A stretch of DNA of 64,000 bases. Source: Thiogranum sp. Its GTDB lineage: Bacteria; Pseudomonadota; Gammaproteobacteria; DSM-19610. The notes under the pieces were generated by a model, which was given only the letters and a program-made list of their open reading frames with translations, ran no database searches and was not told the origin of the DNA. The position numbers and the translations under genes were made by a program. The DNA lies in the NCBI GenBank assembly GCA_030148915.1, contig JASBSN010000013.1, forward strand, positions 8,378 through 72,377, given 5' to 3'. Of this stretch, positions 48,861-57,947 are shown piece by piece. Every line of letters starts with the position of its first letter. Within the stretch, counting starts at the first letter, position 1.

Positions 48861-49514
48861 TCAGCGCTGCCTCCCCCGATGTTTATTGAAGCCACACTGG
48901 GGGCAGGTCTCGCGCCGGCGGCCTCGGGATTGGAGCGGCAACTGGAAGCCACAATCACGGCAGCGATGCCGGTGGTAAAGCCGGCAGCCGGGACAAATGC
49001 GTTTCTTACTGTCCACGGGCGAGAGAAAGGACGTTCCGCAGTCCTGACAAGGTCTCTCATGCCAGGTCTCCATGTTGACCAGGCGAGGTACATGCACGAC
49101 GCGGGTCAGGTCAAAGAGTGGCTCGCCAATCAGTCGCTCATAGGCTTCAAACGCATCGATCAATGCTCGTGCCGCGCTGCGTCCGGTTTGTAACAGACGA
49201 TGCTGCAGGCGCCAGACTAGGGTCGCCTGTAACATGCGACGATCATGCGCCCGGTACCAGGTGTCGGTGAACGGCATCTGTCCCGGAGGCGAAGGTTCGC
49301 CGTGCAACTGCCGATAGAGGCGGTTGACCGTGGTCTTTTCCAGGCCGGTCAATTGCGCGACCAGTCCCGCTCGAGCACCGAGCTGGATGAGGCGCGCGGA
49401 TTCCTGGATGCGCGTGGCATAGCCACACAGCTCCACCGTGCAAACCGCGCGATCGGCTTTGGCGAAAGGACAAAGGCTGGAAAGCAACACCGACGAATCG
49501 GTTCCAGGTTTCAT
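48861..49514 (-). CDS. FlhC-like (SetC/AcaC-type) activator with an extra Zn ribbon
   Basis: LI.LGAR...L..LY..LHG.PSP.GQ.PF...WY; C..C...CP.C Zn site; additional CRDC...CPQC. Confidence 0.8.
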   Translation of the reverse strand: MKPGTDSSVLLSSLCPFAKADRAVCTVELCGYATRIQESARLIQLGARAGLVAQLTGLEKTTVNRLYRQLHGEPSPPGQMPFTDTWYRAHDRRMLQATLVWRLQHRLLQTGRSAARALIDAFEAYERLIGEPLFDLTRVVHVPRLVNMETWHERPCQDCGTSFLSPVDSKKRICPGCRLYHRHRCRDCGFQLPLQSRGRRRETCPQCGFNKHRGRQR

Positions 49515-49529
49515 GGCTCATCCTCCCAG

Positions 49530-49823
49530 TCATAGCACTGTGAACAGCGTGGCGTGTTCCATAATGGTCGCGAGCTCTTCCGCACGCCCCTCGCGCAGGG
49601 CAGCGAACAACCGCGACCACCACCAAGTCTCCTGGCGGGGAATCAACAGTGGCAGTTTGATCTGGGCGATCTGCGACAATTGGTATGGAGTCAGCTCCGC
49701 CAGCATGTACGCTAGGTCGTCGCCGAGACCCGTCAGCGTCGCAGCCAGTTGCGGATCCTGCCGGGTAAGATCGCGGGCGTGAATCAGATATTGCAGATTT
49801 ATCTGTGAGAAATCGTATGTCAT
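49530..49823 (-). CDS. FlhD-like (SetD/AcaD-type) activator subunit
   Basis: INLQYLIHARDL...D...A...G........L..L...QL..IA....PL..PR pattern, directly upstream of the flhC-like gene. Confidence 0.7.
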   Translation of the reverse strand: MTYDFSQINLQYLIHARDLTRQDPQLAATLTGLGDDLAYMLAELTPYQLSQIAQIKLPLLIPRQETWWWSRLFAALREGRAEELATIMEHATLFTVL

Positions 49824-50152
49824 CGTTGTAACCCTCCATGGCATTTTTCATACGTCGTCAATCCCTTATCGGACGATCCGCGACCCTGTTGTAATTTCGC
49901 TGTAACGTTGGCGGGGATCGTCCAGCATCCATCGATGGCTTCGGCCACCATGCGCGCCTCGAAATAGACCCGTCGACCCAGCTGTCGCCGCGCCTCGCCC
50001 AGCGCCACCGCCAGCGGTTGGCGTTGGCGCGCAATGGCCATACGCACCCCGTTCGGGCTGAGGTGCATCACCTCGGCTAAGTGCTTGAATGTCAACAATG
50101 GCCCGTAGTGCGCGAGCAGGTACTCGTGTGTTGCAGAGAGGGGTTCGGTCAC
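49820..50152 (-). CDS. excisionase/AlpA-like DNA-binding protein
   Basis: YLLAHYGPLLTFKHLAEV...SPNGVR...GRRVYF; GGAG RBS before GTG at 50152; ATGA overlap with the flhD-like gene. Confidence 0.7.
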   Translation of the reverse strand: MTEPLSATHEYLLAHYGPLLTFKHLAEVMHLSPNGVRMAIARQRQPLAVALGEARRQLGRRVYFEARMVAEAIDGCWTIPANVTAKLQQGRGSSDKGLTTYEKCHGGLQR

Positions 50153-50203
50153 CGCCAGTGCTCCCAAGTGCTGGTGCGTGGCGATATGTTAAGTCGCTGT
50201 TGT

Positions 50204-50241
50204 AAAAGAAAAAGAAGAAAAGGCGGCGGCATGGGGGCCGC
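50204..50241 (-). terminator. possible intrinsic terminator after the peptidase gene
   Basis: GCGGC-N6-GCCGC hairpin, then CGCC and a long T-rich run on the minus strand; spacing is atypical. Confidence 0.3.
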
Positions 50242-50313
50242 TTTCGGGGCTTTATCAGGCGGATGGATGTGCTAGGCGCAGGCCGTGCAGTGAAGAGCTG
50301 GCTCCGTATCTGA

Positions 50314-50380
50314 TGTATATAGAATAAATAAAATACAATAATATAGAATATATACTTTATGTTGTTTATAATTTAATAAC
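50314..50380. other. extremely AT-rich patch with two TATAGAATA direct repeats
   Basis: About 8 G/C in about 67 bp; TATAGAATA at 50318-50326 and 50342-50350. Confidence 0.8.
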
Positions 50381-50408
50381 CGAGCGTCCCGGCAGTCACA
50401 TTGGCTGT

Positions 50409-51065
50409 CTACAGCAGCCGCATTTGCCTAAAAGGGGGGTGCTTCCTGCAATGTGCAAACGGATGTTCTCCACCCGGTACCCAGAACAAGTCCATCTGGC
50501 CGGTCGATGCAGCGCGATTAGCGAGCAGCGTATCGATCACTTCCTCGCCGTCCATGCGTCGCGCCCGTAACAGTGCTTCGGCCAGTGTGCGCGTCATGGC
50601 CGATACGCGGGGTAATCGAAAAAACTGTCGGCAATCCTCTTTGATCAGGTCACACCAGCGACCGACGTGGCGATGAAAATAATCGCGCACAAAGGCGTAC
50701 CGGTCTTCATCCGGAATAAGCGCCAGTTTCCGCAATTCATCCCCTAAAGCGCCATTGATCAGCTCGTCATCCGGGACCAGATTGAATTCCGCCTCCGCGA
50801 TGGCGCCGGCATCGCTGATCCAGAACTCTTCGCGCCACAAACGAAGCAGTTCTGGCGGCATTCGGCCGCGGCGATTCGCCTCCTCGGCAAGCTGTGCCAA
50901 GCGCGCCTCAATGGATTCCCTCCATGCCGCCCCCGTCGAATGGGAGGTGAGCTCGACCCATAGCAGCGTGCGCCCGAGCAGCAGAATGACGACCGCGTGC
51001 CCCGCTTCATGGTAGGCCGTGGCGAGCCAGGAAAAGGATTCGCTTCGATATCGGTTGTCAGCCAT
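50409..51065 (-). CDS. standalone HEXXH zinc metallopeptidase (M41-like motif)
   Basis: ATAYHEAGHAVV followed by AG.IAE, as in the FtsH M41 domain; no AAA domain. Confidence 0.7.
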   Translation of the reverse strand: MADNRYRSESFSWLATAYHEAGHAVVILLLGRTLLWVELTSHSTGAAWRESIEARLAQLAEEANRRGRMPPELLRLWREEFWISDAGAIAEAEFNLVPDDELINGALGDELRKLALIPDEDRYAFVRDYFHRHVGRWCDLIKEDCRQFFRLPRVSAMTRTLAEALLRARRMDGEEVIDTLLANRAASTGQMDLFWVPGGEHPFAHCRKHPPFRQMRLL

Positions 51066-51081
51066 CGCGGCTACTCACCTA

Positions 51082-51116
51082 TTGCGCCATGTTTTAGTGT
51101 GTAGTATATAGTACAC
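51082..51116 (+). promoter_or_regulatory. promoter/operator for a leaderless XRE gene
   Basis: TTGCGC-N17-TATATA (or TATAGT). Palindrome GTGTA-N8-TACAC (51099-51116) abuts the ATG; no SD. Confidence 0.5.
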
Positions 51117-51467
51117 ATGACATTCGGACAATTCATCCGTGATCGGCGGGAAAGGCTGCGGGAGACGGATCGGCGCTTCTCGGTGCGGCAGGTGGCACAA
51201 CGCATCTGCGTGGAGCCGGCCTACCTCAGCAAGATCGAGCGGGAGGAGGTGGCGCCGCCCTCCGAGGAGAAGATCCGGGCCTTGGCGCAGGAGTTGGGAG
51301 AGGACGTGGATGTCTTGCTGGCGATGGCCGGGAAGGTGTCGTCGGACCTGCTGGCGATCATCCGCAAGCGGCCGACGCTCTTCGCCGACCTGATCCGGCA
51401 ACTCAAGTCCAGTCCCGATCACGCGATTCTGCGGGTAGTGCGCAAGGTGCGCGACGGCGACTGGTAA
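51117..51467 (+). CDS. XRE-family helix-turn-helix regulator
   Basis: FGQFIRDRR...SVRQVA....EPAYLSKIER..PPSEE; paralog of 26718-27095. Confidence 0.9.
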   Translation: MTFGQFIRDRRERLRETDRRFSVRQVAQRICVEPAYLSKIEREEVAPPSEEKIRALAQELGEDVDVLLAMAGKVSSDLLAIIRKRPTLFADLIRQLKSSPDHAILRVVRKVRDGDW

Positions 51468-51486
51468 ACGAAGGGGAGGAGTAAGC

Positions 51487-52482
51487 ATGATCGAACTAAA
51501 CAACGACGTTTTGAGTTTCCGCTTTCCGGAAGTGCATGCCAAGGCAGGTTGCCGGATCGACTTCCAGCGTACCCTGCGCATCCCGGATGACAATCGCGAC
51601 TATCCACTTCCTCCCGGTCTGGGCTGTTTCCCCGTCGCGCACGTGGATGACCATGCAGAGAAGCTGCCTGCTGCGTGGCACCGGCGCGGCGGGGTGTTCC
51701 TTCCCATGTACCAGGCCGAGGCTCTCTGGCTACATTTTTCGGGCGGCTATCCCTGTGCCATCAAGATCGCCGCCGGGAAGATAAATGCCGTGTCCGGTGC
51801 CGCCTGGACCAATGACCTCTCGGCCGACCAGCAGGACTATGTTGTCACGCCTGAGCAACCCTGGCTGGACGGCTTCAATGTTTCGAAGGGCTATATCCGG
51901 CAGTTCGTGGCCATGCCATTGGGGGAAGGATACACGGCAGAGGAGCAGATCGCCGGCGAGGCCGAGCACGGCGGGTTGCAGATCATCGTCTATCCCATGA
52001 AGCGCGAGGTGTATGCCGAGCATTTCGAGAAACCTATCGTTCACGAAGAGCTGAATTATCTGGCACAACCTGCGTATTGCCGCCGCGCGACGGCCGAGCC
52101 GGATATGGGTCTGGCTCCTGGCGGCCTGATGCGTCAGGAAATCTACGAGGATGAATACGGCACCGACGCCTGGGATCAGGAACAGGGCGCTCGCTGCTTC
52201 GTGCATATGGCCAACAGCGCGATGTACCAGGCGATCACCGGCCGCCGACCGCCACACAAGCCGCCAACAGCCATGGACTACACCCGGGCCGGACTGCCGT
52301 GGTTCGACTACTACAGTGACGGCAAGGCACTGCCGGGCGCGGGCCTGCTCGGTAAGCTGACCAGCGTCGCCGCCAAGATCATCGAGAAAGGCAGCTTGCC
52401 GCTTGACGGCAATGACCCGGTGGAGCCTGGCGCGATTAAACAGCTCGGGAAGGCGCACAGTGTGAGGGATGGGGAGTTTTGA
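51487..52482 (+). CDS. conserved hypothetical protein
   Basis: Strong RBS, normal codon usage, and conserved-looking blocks (FQRTLRIPDD..YPLPPGLG.FP, PMYQAEALW, QPWLDG, RQFVAMPLG.GYTAEEQ); no function recognised. Confidence 0.8.
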   Translation: MIELNNDVLSFRFPEVHAKAGCRIDFQRTLRIPDDNRDYPLPPGLGCFPVAHVDDHAEKLPAAWHRRGGVFLPMYQAEALWLHFSGGYPCAIKIAAGKINAVSGAAWTNDLSADQQDYVVTPEQPWLDGFNVSKGYIRQFVAMPLGEGYTAEEQIAGEAEHGGLQIIVYPMKREVYAEHFEKPIVHEELNYLAQPAYCRRATAEPDMGLAPGGLMRQEIYEDEYGTDAWDQEQGARCFVHMANSAMYQAITGRRPPHKPPTAMDYTRAGLPWFDYYSDGKALPGAGLLGKLTSVAAKIIEKGSLPLDGNDPVEPGAIKQLGKAHSVRDGEF

Positions 52483-52790
52483 TACGGGTTTACCCCCTCA
52501 ATGAATGGCAGTGCATGGGAAGGGAATGATTCTATACGTAAACAGAATTTCTGATGACCTACCCGTTCGACCGGACGTCCGGCTCAGCCGCTGGCGACGC
52601 TTACAAAACAACTGTAAATCAATAGATTTTGGTTAATCCTTAGATTTCGTTCGCTCGAGGATCGGCCCCAGAAGGCGAGGGCGAAGATCCAAGGCATTTA
52701 CCGGCAGGTAGCAGTGGCGAACTTCAAAGCCAAACTGCTTCCTGGCAACTTTACTGTGGTTGAAGTGAACCGGTATGATCAACAAAAATC

Positions 52791-53354
52791 TTGAAAAAAC
52801 GGGGGGTTCTGATGCCAACAGTTGGATGGATTCAGGAAACGGCAGTTGACCGCTACTGGGAACGTGGCGGGTTAGGTGACCAGTATCCACCAACGCCCAT
52901 GATTCACTACTGCGCTTACTGCACTAGGCAGTTTGAATCCACCAAAGAGTTATCTACGCACATCAGCGTCGATCACCCCGTTGAAAGGCCCGTCATATTT
53001 ATTGGCAACAGGGCAGCGCTCTCCGAGCAAACCATTAGAACCCCTCTCAGCAAAAATGACTTAGTGGAGAAATATAAAAATAGATTGCCTCCGCTATGGA
53101 GCCCAACAAGAAGGCAGCACTACGAGAAAATGTATTACGTTCCTTGTTCACTATGCCAAAGAACTTGGCACCAGATACAGTTGGCGGGAAGTGAAAAGTG
53201 CCCATGCGGCATTGGTTCGGTAAAAGAATGTGATGCAAAGAAACGTAGAGCCAGGATCAGTGAATGGCAGAGCTTGCTCAAATCTGAAGAGAGCACTATT
53301 AACGATAGTGATTTTTCTGTAGTGAAGGGTGCTGATTGCAAGGGAATCCAATAA
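52791..53354 (+). CDS. hypothetical protein with a C2H2-like zinc finger, possibly truncated or chimeric
   Basis: CAYC...STKELSTHISVDH; low-GC context; C-terminal half looks unrelated. Confidence 0.4.
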   Translation: MKKRGVLMPTVGWIQETAVDRYWERGGLGDQYPPTPMIHYCAYCTRQFESTKELSTHISVDHPVERPVIFIGNRAALSEQTIRTPLSKNDLVEKYKNRLPPLWSPTRRQHYEKMYYVPCSLCQRTWHQIQLAGSEKCPCGIGSVKECDAKKRRARISEWQSLLKSEESTINDSDFSVVKGADCKGIQ

Positions 53355-53516
53355 GTGTTGAATTGCATGCTCGATCGACCCATTTTGACCGCGTATTGCG
53401 TTAAATATCTGCTTCGTTTCCTGGCGCAATAACGGCTTGTACTCGTATATTGGAAGATCTGTAGAGGGTCAGCACTCAATGCAAATGGTGGATCAGGATT
53501 CGATGCCAATTAACAT

Positions 53517-54902
53517 TTGAGAGAAATCATGTTTGTCAGAGTAGCCGCAGTTGCTGGTGTACTGATCGTCATCGCTTTGCTGATCCTAAGTGGCAGATAC
53601 GTAGGCGTTGGTGAAGCCATGCGCTTTACCGACGACCTTGAACACTTCAAGTATGGATCGATAGGTGCGGAAGTAGACGGCTATCCGTATAAAGTCTGGA
53701 TGGCACTACCCGTCATCTTCAAGGATCGACTTCCCGGGGGCTACGAAAGCTTTGGCTTTCATCGGGAACCCAGTCATACGCTCCCGGTCGGTATATCCGT
53801 TCGCCGGTATGGTATAGATCGCGTCGGATTCAATTGCGCAACGTGCCATTCGACGACGGTTGACGGCGGCGCCATAATTCCGGGAGCTCCTGCGGTTCGA
53901 CTTGATCTTCAAGCATACGTTGATTTTCTCTTGCAGGCCTCCGTCGACAAACGATTCGATGCCGACGCGATATTCGAAGCCTTGAGTACCCTGAACGAAC
54001 CGTTGGGCCTGATCGATCGACTGGTCTATCGATGGGTAATCATTCCGCAAATCCGTCGGCAAGCTTCGTCTGTTATCGAAGACAATAGTTGGATGACGAC
54101 GCGACCGCGGTTTGGCCCGGGTCGCACGGATGCGGGAAACCCGTGGCGTTTCAGGTTTGGGATGCACCCGAAGGACGACGACACCATCGCCACCGTTGAC
54201 TTTCCTTCCTTGTGGAATCAAGGTATTCGACAGAGTGCTTGGCTGCACTGGGACGGAAACAATAATTCACTACAAGAACGCAATTTATCTGCAGCCCTTG
54301 CAGGCGGTGCTCGCGCAGATTCGCTAGATTTCAAGAGCATTGCGCGCGTAGAAGACTGGTCCTTGAATGCGCCGCCACCCCTTTACCCATTCGACGTGGA
54401 TACGGCCCTTGCCTCACGCGGTGCTCAAATATACGCCGGCAGCGGCTGCATCGAGTGTCACGACAAGGGTGGTGCGAGCTACGGTGGGACCACGCCGATA
54501 GCTGAAGTCGGTACAGACCGGAAACGATTAGATGCGTTTTCGAACGAATTACTGCGCAACTTCGGGTCCGTCGGCAAAGGCACGCCGTGGCAATTCAGCC
54601 ACTATCGCAAAAGCGATGGCTATGCTAACAGTCCGCTAGATGGTATCTGGGCAAGAGCGCCATACTTACACAACGGTTCAGTTCCGAACCTTTACTCGTT
54701 GTTGGCTGCACCTGGCGCTCGTCCGGCTCGCTTTTATCGTGGATGCGACGAGTACAACTCGGAAATGGTCGGGTTTGACTGCGAGTCGGGGTTTCTGTAC
54801 GACACGGCGATGCCCGGCAATGGCAATGGTGGGCATGAATACGGCACGACTCTACCCGGGTCAGATAAAAGAGCATTGCTGGAGTATCTGAAAACCCTTT
54901 AA
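53517..54902 (+). CDS. RoxA-like di-heme c-type cytochrome (N-terminal membrane anchor)
   Basis: CATCH and CIECH heme motifs; GPGRTDA; PLDGIWARAPYLHNGSVP; GNGGHEYG. Confidence 0.8.
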   Translation: MREIMFVRVAAVAGVLIVIALLILSGRYVGVGEAMRFTDDLEHFKYGSIGAEVDGYPYKVWMALPVIFKDRLPGGYESFGFHREPSHTLPVGISVRRYGIDRVGFNCATCHSTTVDGGAIIPGAPAVRLDLQAYVDFLLQASVDKRFDADAIFEALSTLNEPLGLIDRLVYRWVIIPQIRRQASSVIEDNSWMTTRPRFGPGRTDAGNPWRFRFGMHPKDDDTIATVDFPSLWNQGIRQSAWLHWDGNNNSLQERNLSAALAGGARADSLDFKSIARVEDWSLNAPPPLYPFDVDTALASRGAQIYAGSGCIECHDKGGASYGGTTPIAEVGTDRKRLDAFSNELLRNFGSVGKGTPWQFSHYRKSDGYANSPLDGIWARAPYLHNGSVPNLYSLLAAPGARPARFYRGCDEYNSEMVGFDCESGFLYDTAMPGNGNGGHEYGTTLPGSDKRALLEYLKTL

Positions 54903-54919
54903 CCAGTTGAGTATGTCAA

Positions 54920-57613
54920 ATGACCAAGCTGTTTCGGCGATTCACGATTGTGGCTGGCGCAGTGATCGGGCTGATTGTAGTAGCCAGTGTTGTTTTTTTC
55001 ATTGCATTGCCCTACAACCCCGCTCCGCTGAGTGCTTCCGTCATTCATGACCGCGTGGATCTGATCTACGAAGCGGCTGCCATCACCGTACCGCACACGG
55101 AACTCGACGATAACGGCAGTCGTCAAGCCAACCTGGAAGTATTTCAGTCGGCCGCAAGCGGCAATCCCCTTTCGTTTGAAGAAAGCTCGCAATACCGAAA
55201 ATCGTACCAAGCGGTACTTCTGCACAATCAAAACTATCTGGCGCGATTCGACCGGAACCTTACGCCGATGAAAGATGTGCGAATGGAGGATAGCAATAAT
55301 GTTCGTTCTTTTGGGATAGAAGGTTTTCACGATCATCATGATCAGTCGATTAGATCGAATACAGCCGATCTTGTTCGGGAGTTGGATCGCGTACGCAACT
55401 CAAAGAATCCAATCACCCGGGTAGTCAATGCCCTTCTTTCTTACAAGGATCTCACAGATGTGCTCCTTCACGCAGCAACTGTACCGGAGACAAAGTCGGT
55501 TCCATACATCCCGCCGGAAAAGTCGCCAGGCACACGTATCGAAGTCGACATCGAGTATGTGTTGCGGGAGTTCAAAGAAGCGCAATTTCAACCGGTCAAT
55601 TCGCCTGAGTACAAGTCGCATGTGCATGCAGCCCTTGACCGATACGACATGGTCGTGAAATACGTACAGTCGGAGATTGATGCGGCACTTGGTTCGGTCG
55701 CGCGGACGTATGTTGGCAATTGGGGTTCTTGGCAGTCGCTGGGGCCTGATCTCGAAGGACGTGTCGCGGAACGAATGCCACGAGGTTGCCTGCCTACGGT
55801 AGATGAATCAAACGGTCTCAGTGATTGCGACAGGGCGGCTTTTTACCACACTCCTGAAGGTAGTGAGCTCATTCCGCTCGCGTGGTACCGCGCGTTAAAA
55901 AACGCGCATACGGGACGACTATTTGCCGAAGACTACGATCGGTTTGGCCTTATAGGGGATCCCAACGGACCCATTGGGTTGGCGGTCGGGTTGTCCGTTT
56001 CGCAGCAGGACGTGCTCGGGCTCAAAGTTGTAGGTGTGAACTGCGCGGCTTGCCACACGGCGGAATTTCGCTATAACGGACAACGCTACCGGGTTGATGG
56101 CGCGCCCGCTATGTTTGATATCGCCAGGTTCCTCGGTGAACTGATTGATTCCCTGAAGGCGACGCTTGCTTCTCCATCGGAATTGACCAACTTCCTGGTG
56201 AGCCTGCAAACGAGTTCTGACATAGCTACGTTCAACGCTGCCATGGCTTCTGGCCATTTCGATACAGAGTTTCCCGCCGCACTGTCAATGTTCAAGGGCG
56301 ACAAAGAAGGAGTACAGCTCGGTGGCATACCGGCTTCGGAGATTCGGGAGAGTCTCGTGCGTATCGTCGCCGAAGAACAGGCCGTTATTGAACGTGAGTT
56401 GGCGCAACACCCCGAGAACCTGAAACACCAAACTCTGGCTCGGGATGAGAAGCTCAAACAGCTGGCACTCATATATAACGTCCGTGAAAGGGTTGACGAT
56501 GTTGGCCCGTTTTCCATGCACAAGGAATTCTCAATCGAGCCATCAGACCCGAGGTTGGCGAAATTGCGCTCCGCGACAGTCGACGCTAACAGCTGGTGGC
56601 AACTGGTGCGTCATGAAGTGCACGCCCTTATCGCCCGAATCGAATTCCTAAAGAACCTGGCGATTAAAACCGCGGATGCGGATGCGGGTTACGGTCGCCT
56701 CGACGCGTTCGGTGCAGCGAGGAACTTACTGTTTGGTGAGGACTTCGGCGTAACCGGCAAGACGGCACCCGTATCGTTTCCGGCGCTTTGGGGATTTGAC
56801 AACAAGGCGTGGCTGCATTGGACGGCGAATACGAATTCCGTCCTCGAAAGAAACATGGGACAGGCACTGGGCCTGGGTGCGGTAGTCCTGTCCGATGGCG
56901 TATCGTCAACGATCGATGTCGAAAACCTGCATCAACTTGAGCTATTGGCCCGAAAGATCGAGCCGCCGAAATGGCCGGAGTCCCTGTTTCAGCCAATAGA
57001 CCGCGACAAGGCGGATGAAGGAAGGCGAGTATATGACGAAAACTGCGCGGTATGTCACAACAAGGGCCACACGCTGAGCAATGGGCTGGTGAACTATCCG
57101 CTCTTTTCGATAGACAGGGTCGGTACGGACGATCTTGCGGCACGAAATTTTGACGCGCCTGTCGGTGACCGTCCATTTTACGAAAGGTCCGGAGCGATAT
57201 TGGCGCGTATTAAGCGTGCCTATTTCGACGCCCATCCAGACAGTATCGACTACGAATTCGGGCGTGATCCGGTCGTATGGCGGAGCCCATTGTCGGACGT
57301 GGCAACAAAACCGAAAGTATATCCGGCCCTGCCGCTAGACGGTATCTGGGCAAGAGCGCCGTATTTACACAACAATTCGGTTGCATCTCTTCGCGATCTG
57401 TTATTGCCGGGACACGAACGACCGGCAGTGGTGATCGTTGGATCCCGAGAATACGACCCGACCACGGTCGGATTCAGCCAAGAAGAAATTCCTGACAGGA
57501 CGTTCGCAATTGATACCGGAAAACCCGGCAATTCGAATCGCGGCCACGAATACGGAACGTCTTTGAATAGCGAGCAAAAGAACAGCTTGCTGGAGTACCT
57601 GAAAACGCTATGA
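54920..57613 (+). CDS. large RoxA-like di-heme c-type cytochrome with an extra N-terminal domain
   Basis: TM anchor; CAACH and CAVCH; GYGRLDAFG; PLDGIWARAPYLHNNSV; GNSNRGHEYG. Confidence 0.8.
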   Translation: MTKLFRRFTIVAGAVIGLIVVASVVFFIALPYNPAPLSASVIHDRVDLIYEAAAITVPHTELDDNGSRQANLEVFQSAASGNPLSFEESSQYRKSYQAVLLHNQNYLARFDRNLTPMKDVRMEDSNNVRSFGIEGFHDHHDQSIRSNTADLVRELDRVRNSKNPITRVVNALLSYKDLTDVLLHAATVPETKSVPYIPPEKSPGTRIEVDIEYVLREFKEAQFQPVNSPEYKSHVHAALDRYDMVVKYVQSEIDAALGSVARTYVGNWGSWQSLGPDLEGRVAERMPRGCLPTVDESNGLSDCDRAAFYHTPEGSELIPLAWYRALKNAHTGRLFAEDYDRFGLIGDPNGPIGLAVGLSVSQQDVLGLKVVGVNCAACHTAEFRYNGQRYRVDGAPAMFDIARFLGELIDSLKATLASPSELTNFLVSLQTSSDIATFNAAMASGHFDTEFPAALSMFKGDKEGVQLGGIPASEIRESLVRIVAEEQAVIERELAQHPENLKHQTLARDEKLKQLALIYNVRERVDDVGPFSMHKEFSIEPSDPRLAKLRSATVDANSWWQLVRHEVHALIARIEFLKNLAIKTADADAGYGRLDAFGAARNLLFGEDFGVTGKTAPVSFPALWGFDNKAWLHWTANTNSVLERNMGQALGLGAVVLSDGVSSTIDVENLHQLELLARKIEPPKWPESLFQPIDRDKADEGRRVYDENCAVCHNKGHTLSNGLVNYPLFSIDRVGTDDLAARNFDAPVGDRPFYERSGAILARIKRAYFDAHPDSIDYEFGRDPVVWRSPLSDVATKPKVYPALPLDGIWARAPYLHNNSVASLRDLLLPGHERPAVVIVGSREYDPTTVGFSQEEIPDRTFAIDTGKPGNSNRGHEYGTSLNSEQKNSLLEYLKTL

Positions 57614-57783
57614 ATACCATGGCCGCTCCAGACAAACGCATAATCGGGTTCGAAGAGCTCTCCCGGGGCTTCGATAAATCGAGCAAGGGCCTCATGCGTA
57701 TGTTCGGGCCAAAAGGGCATCCCCAGGCGAGTAAGCTGTTTGCGGTGATCCATTACCTGCGGGAGCAGCGGTGGATATACTAG
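57610..57783 (+). CDS. possible 57-aa ORF coupled to the cytochrome gene (absent from the ORF track)
   Basis: ATGA overlap; MNTMAAPDKRIIGFEELSRGFDKSSKGLMRMFGPKGHPQASKLFAVIHYLREQRWIY. Confidence 0.3.
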   Translation: MNTMAAPDKRIIGFEELSRGFDKSSKGLMRMFGPKGHPQASKLFAVIHYLREQRWIY

Positions 57784-57947
57784 AAGTCAAATCTCGGAAA
57801 GTAGCCTAAAAATTGAATAATTTCTCGTTTACAATCGGCTGGGGAACACGGACGGCGGAAGCGATTGATCTCCTCCTGGAGAGGTTCGCCGAGCATCGAA
57901 TCTCTATCGTGAGAGTTCAGTGTAACAGTGCGTAATCACCGGCATGT

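Noticed and set aside
48861-49823. Calling these genes flagellar flhD/flhC
   Set aside because: No flagellar context, and ICE surroundings favour SetCD/AcaCD-like activators; gene symbols withheld.
53047-53509. Minus-strand fragments as a reverse-transcriptase or other named pseudogene
   Set aside because: No catalytic motif visible; resemblance too weak to call.
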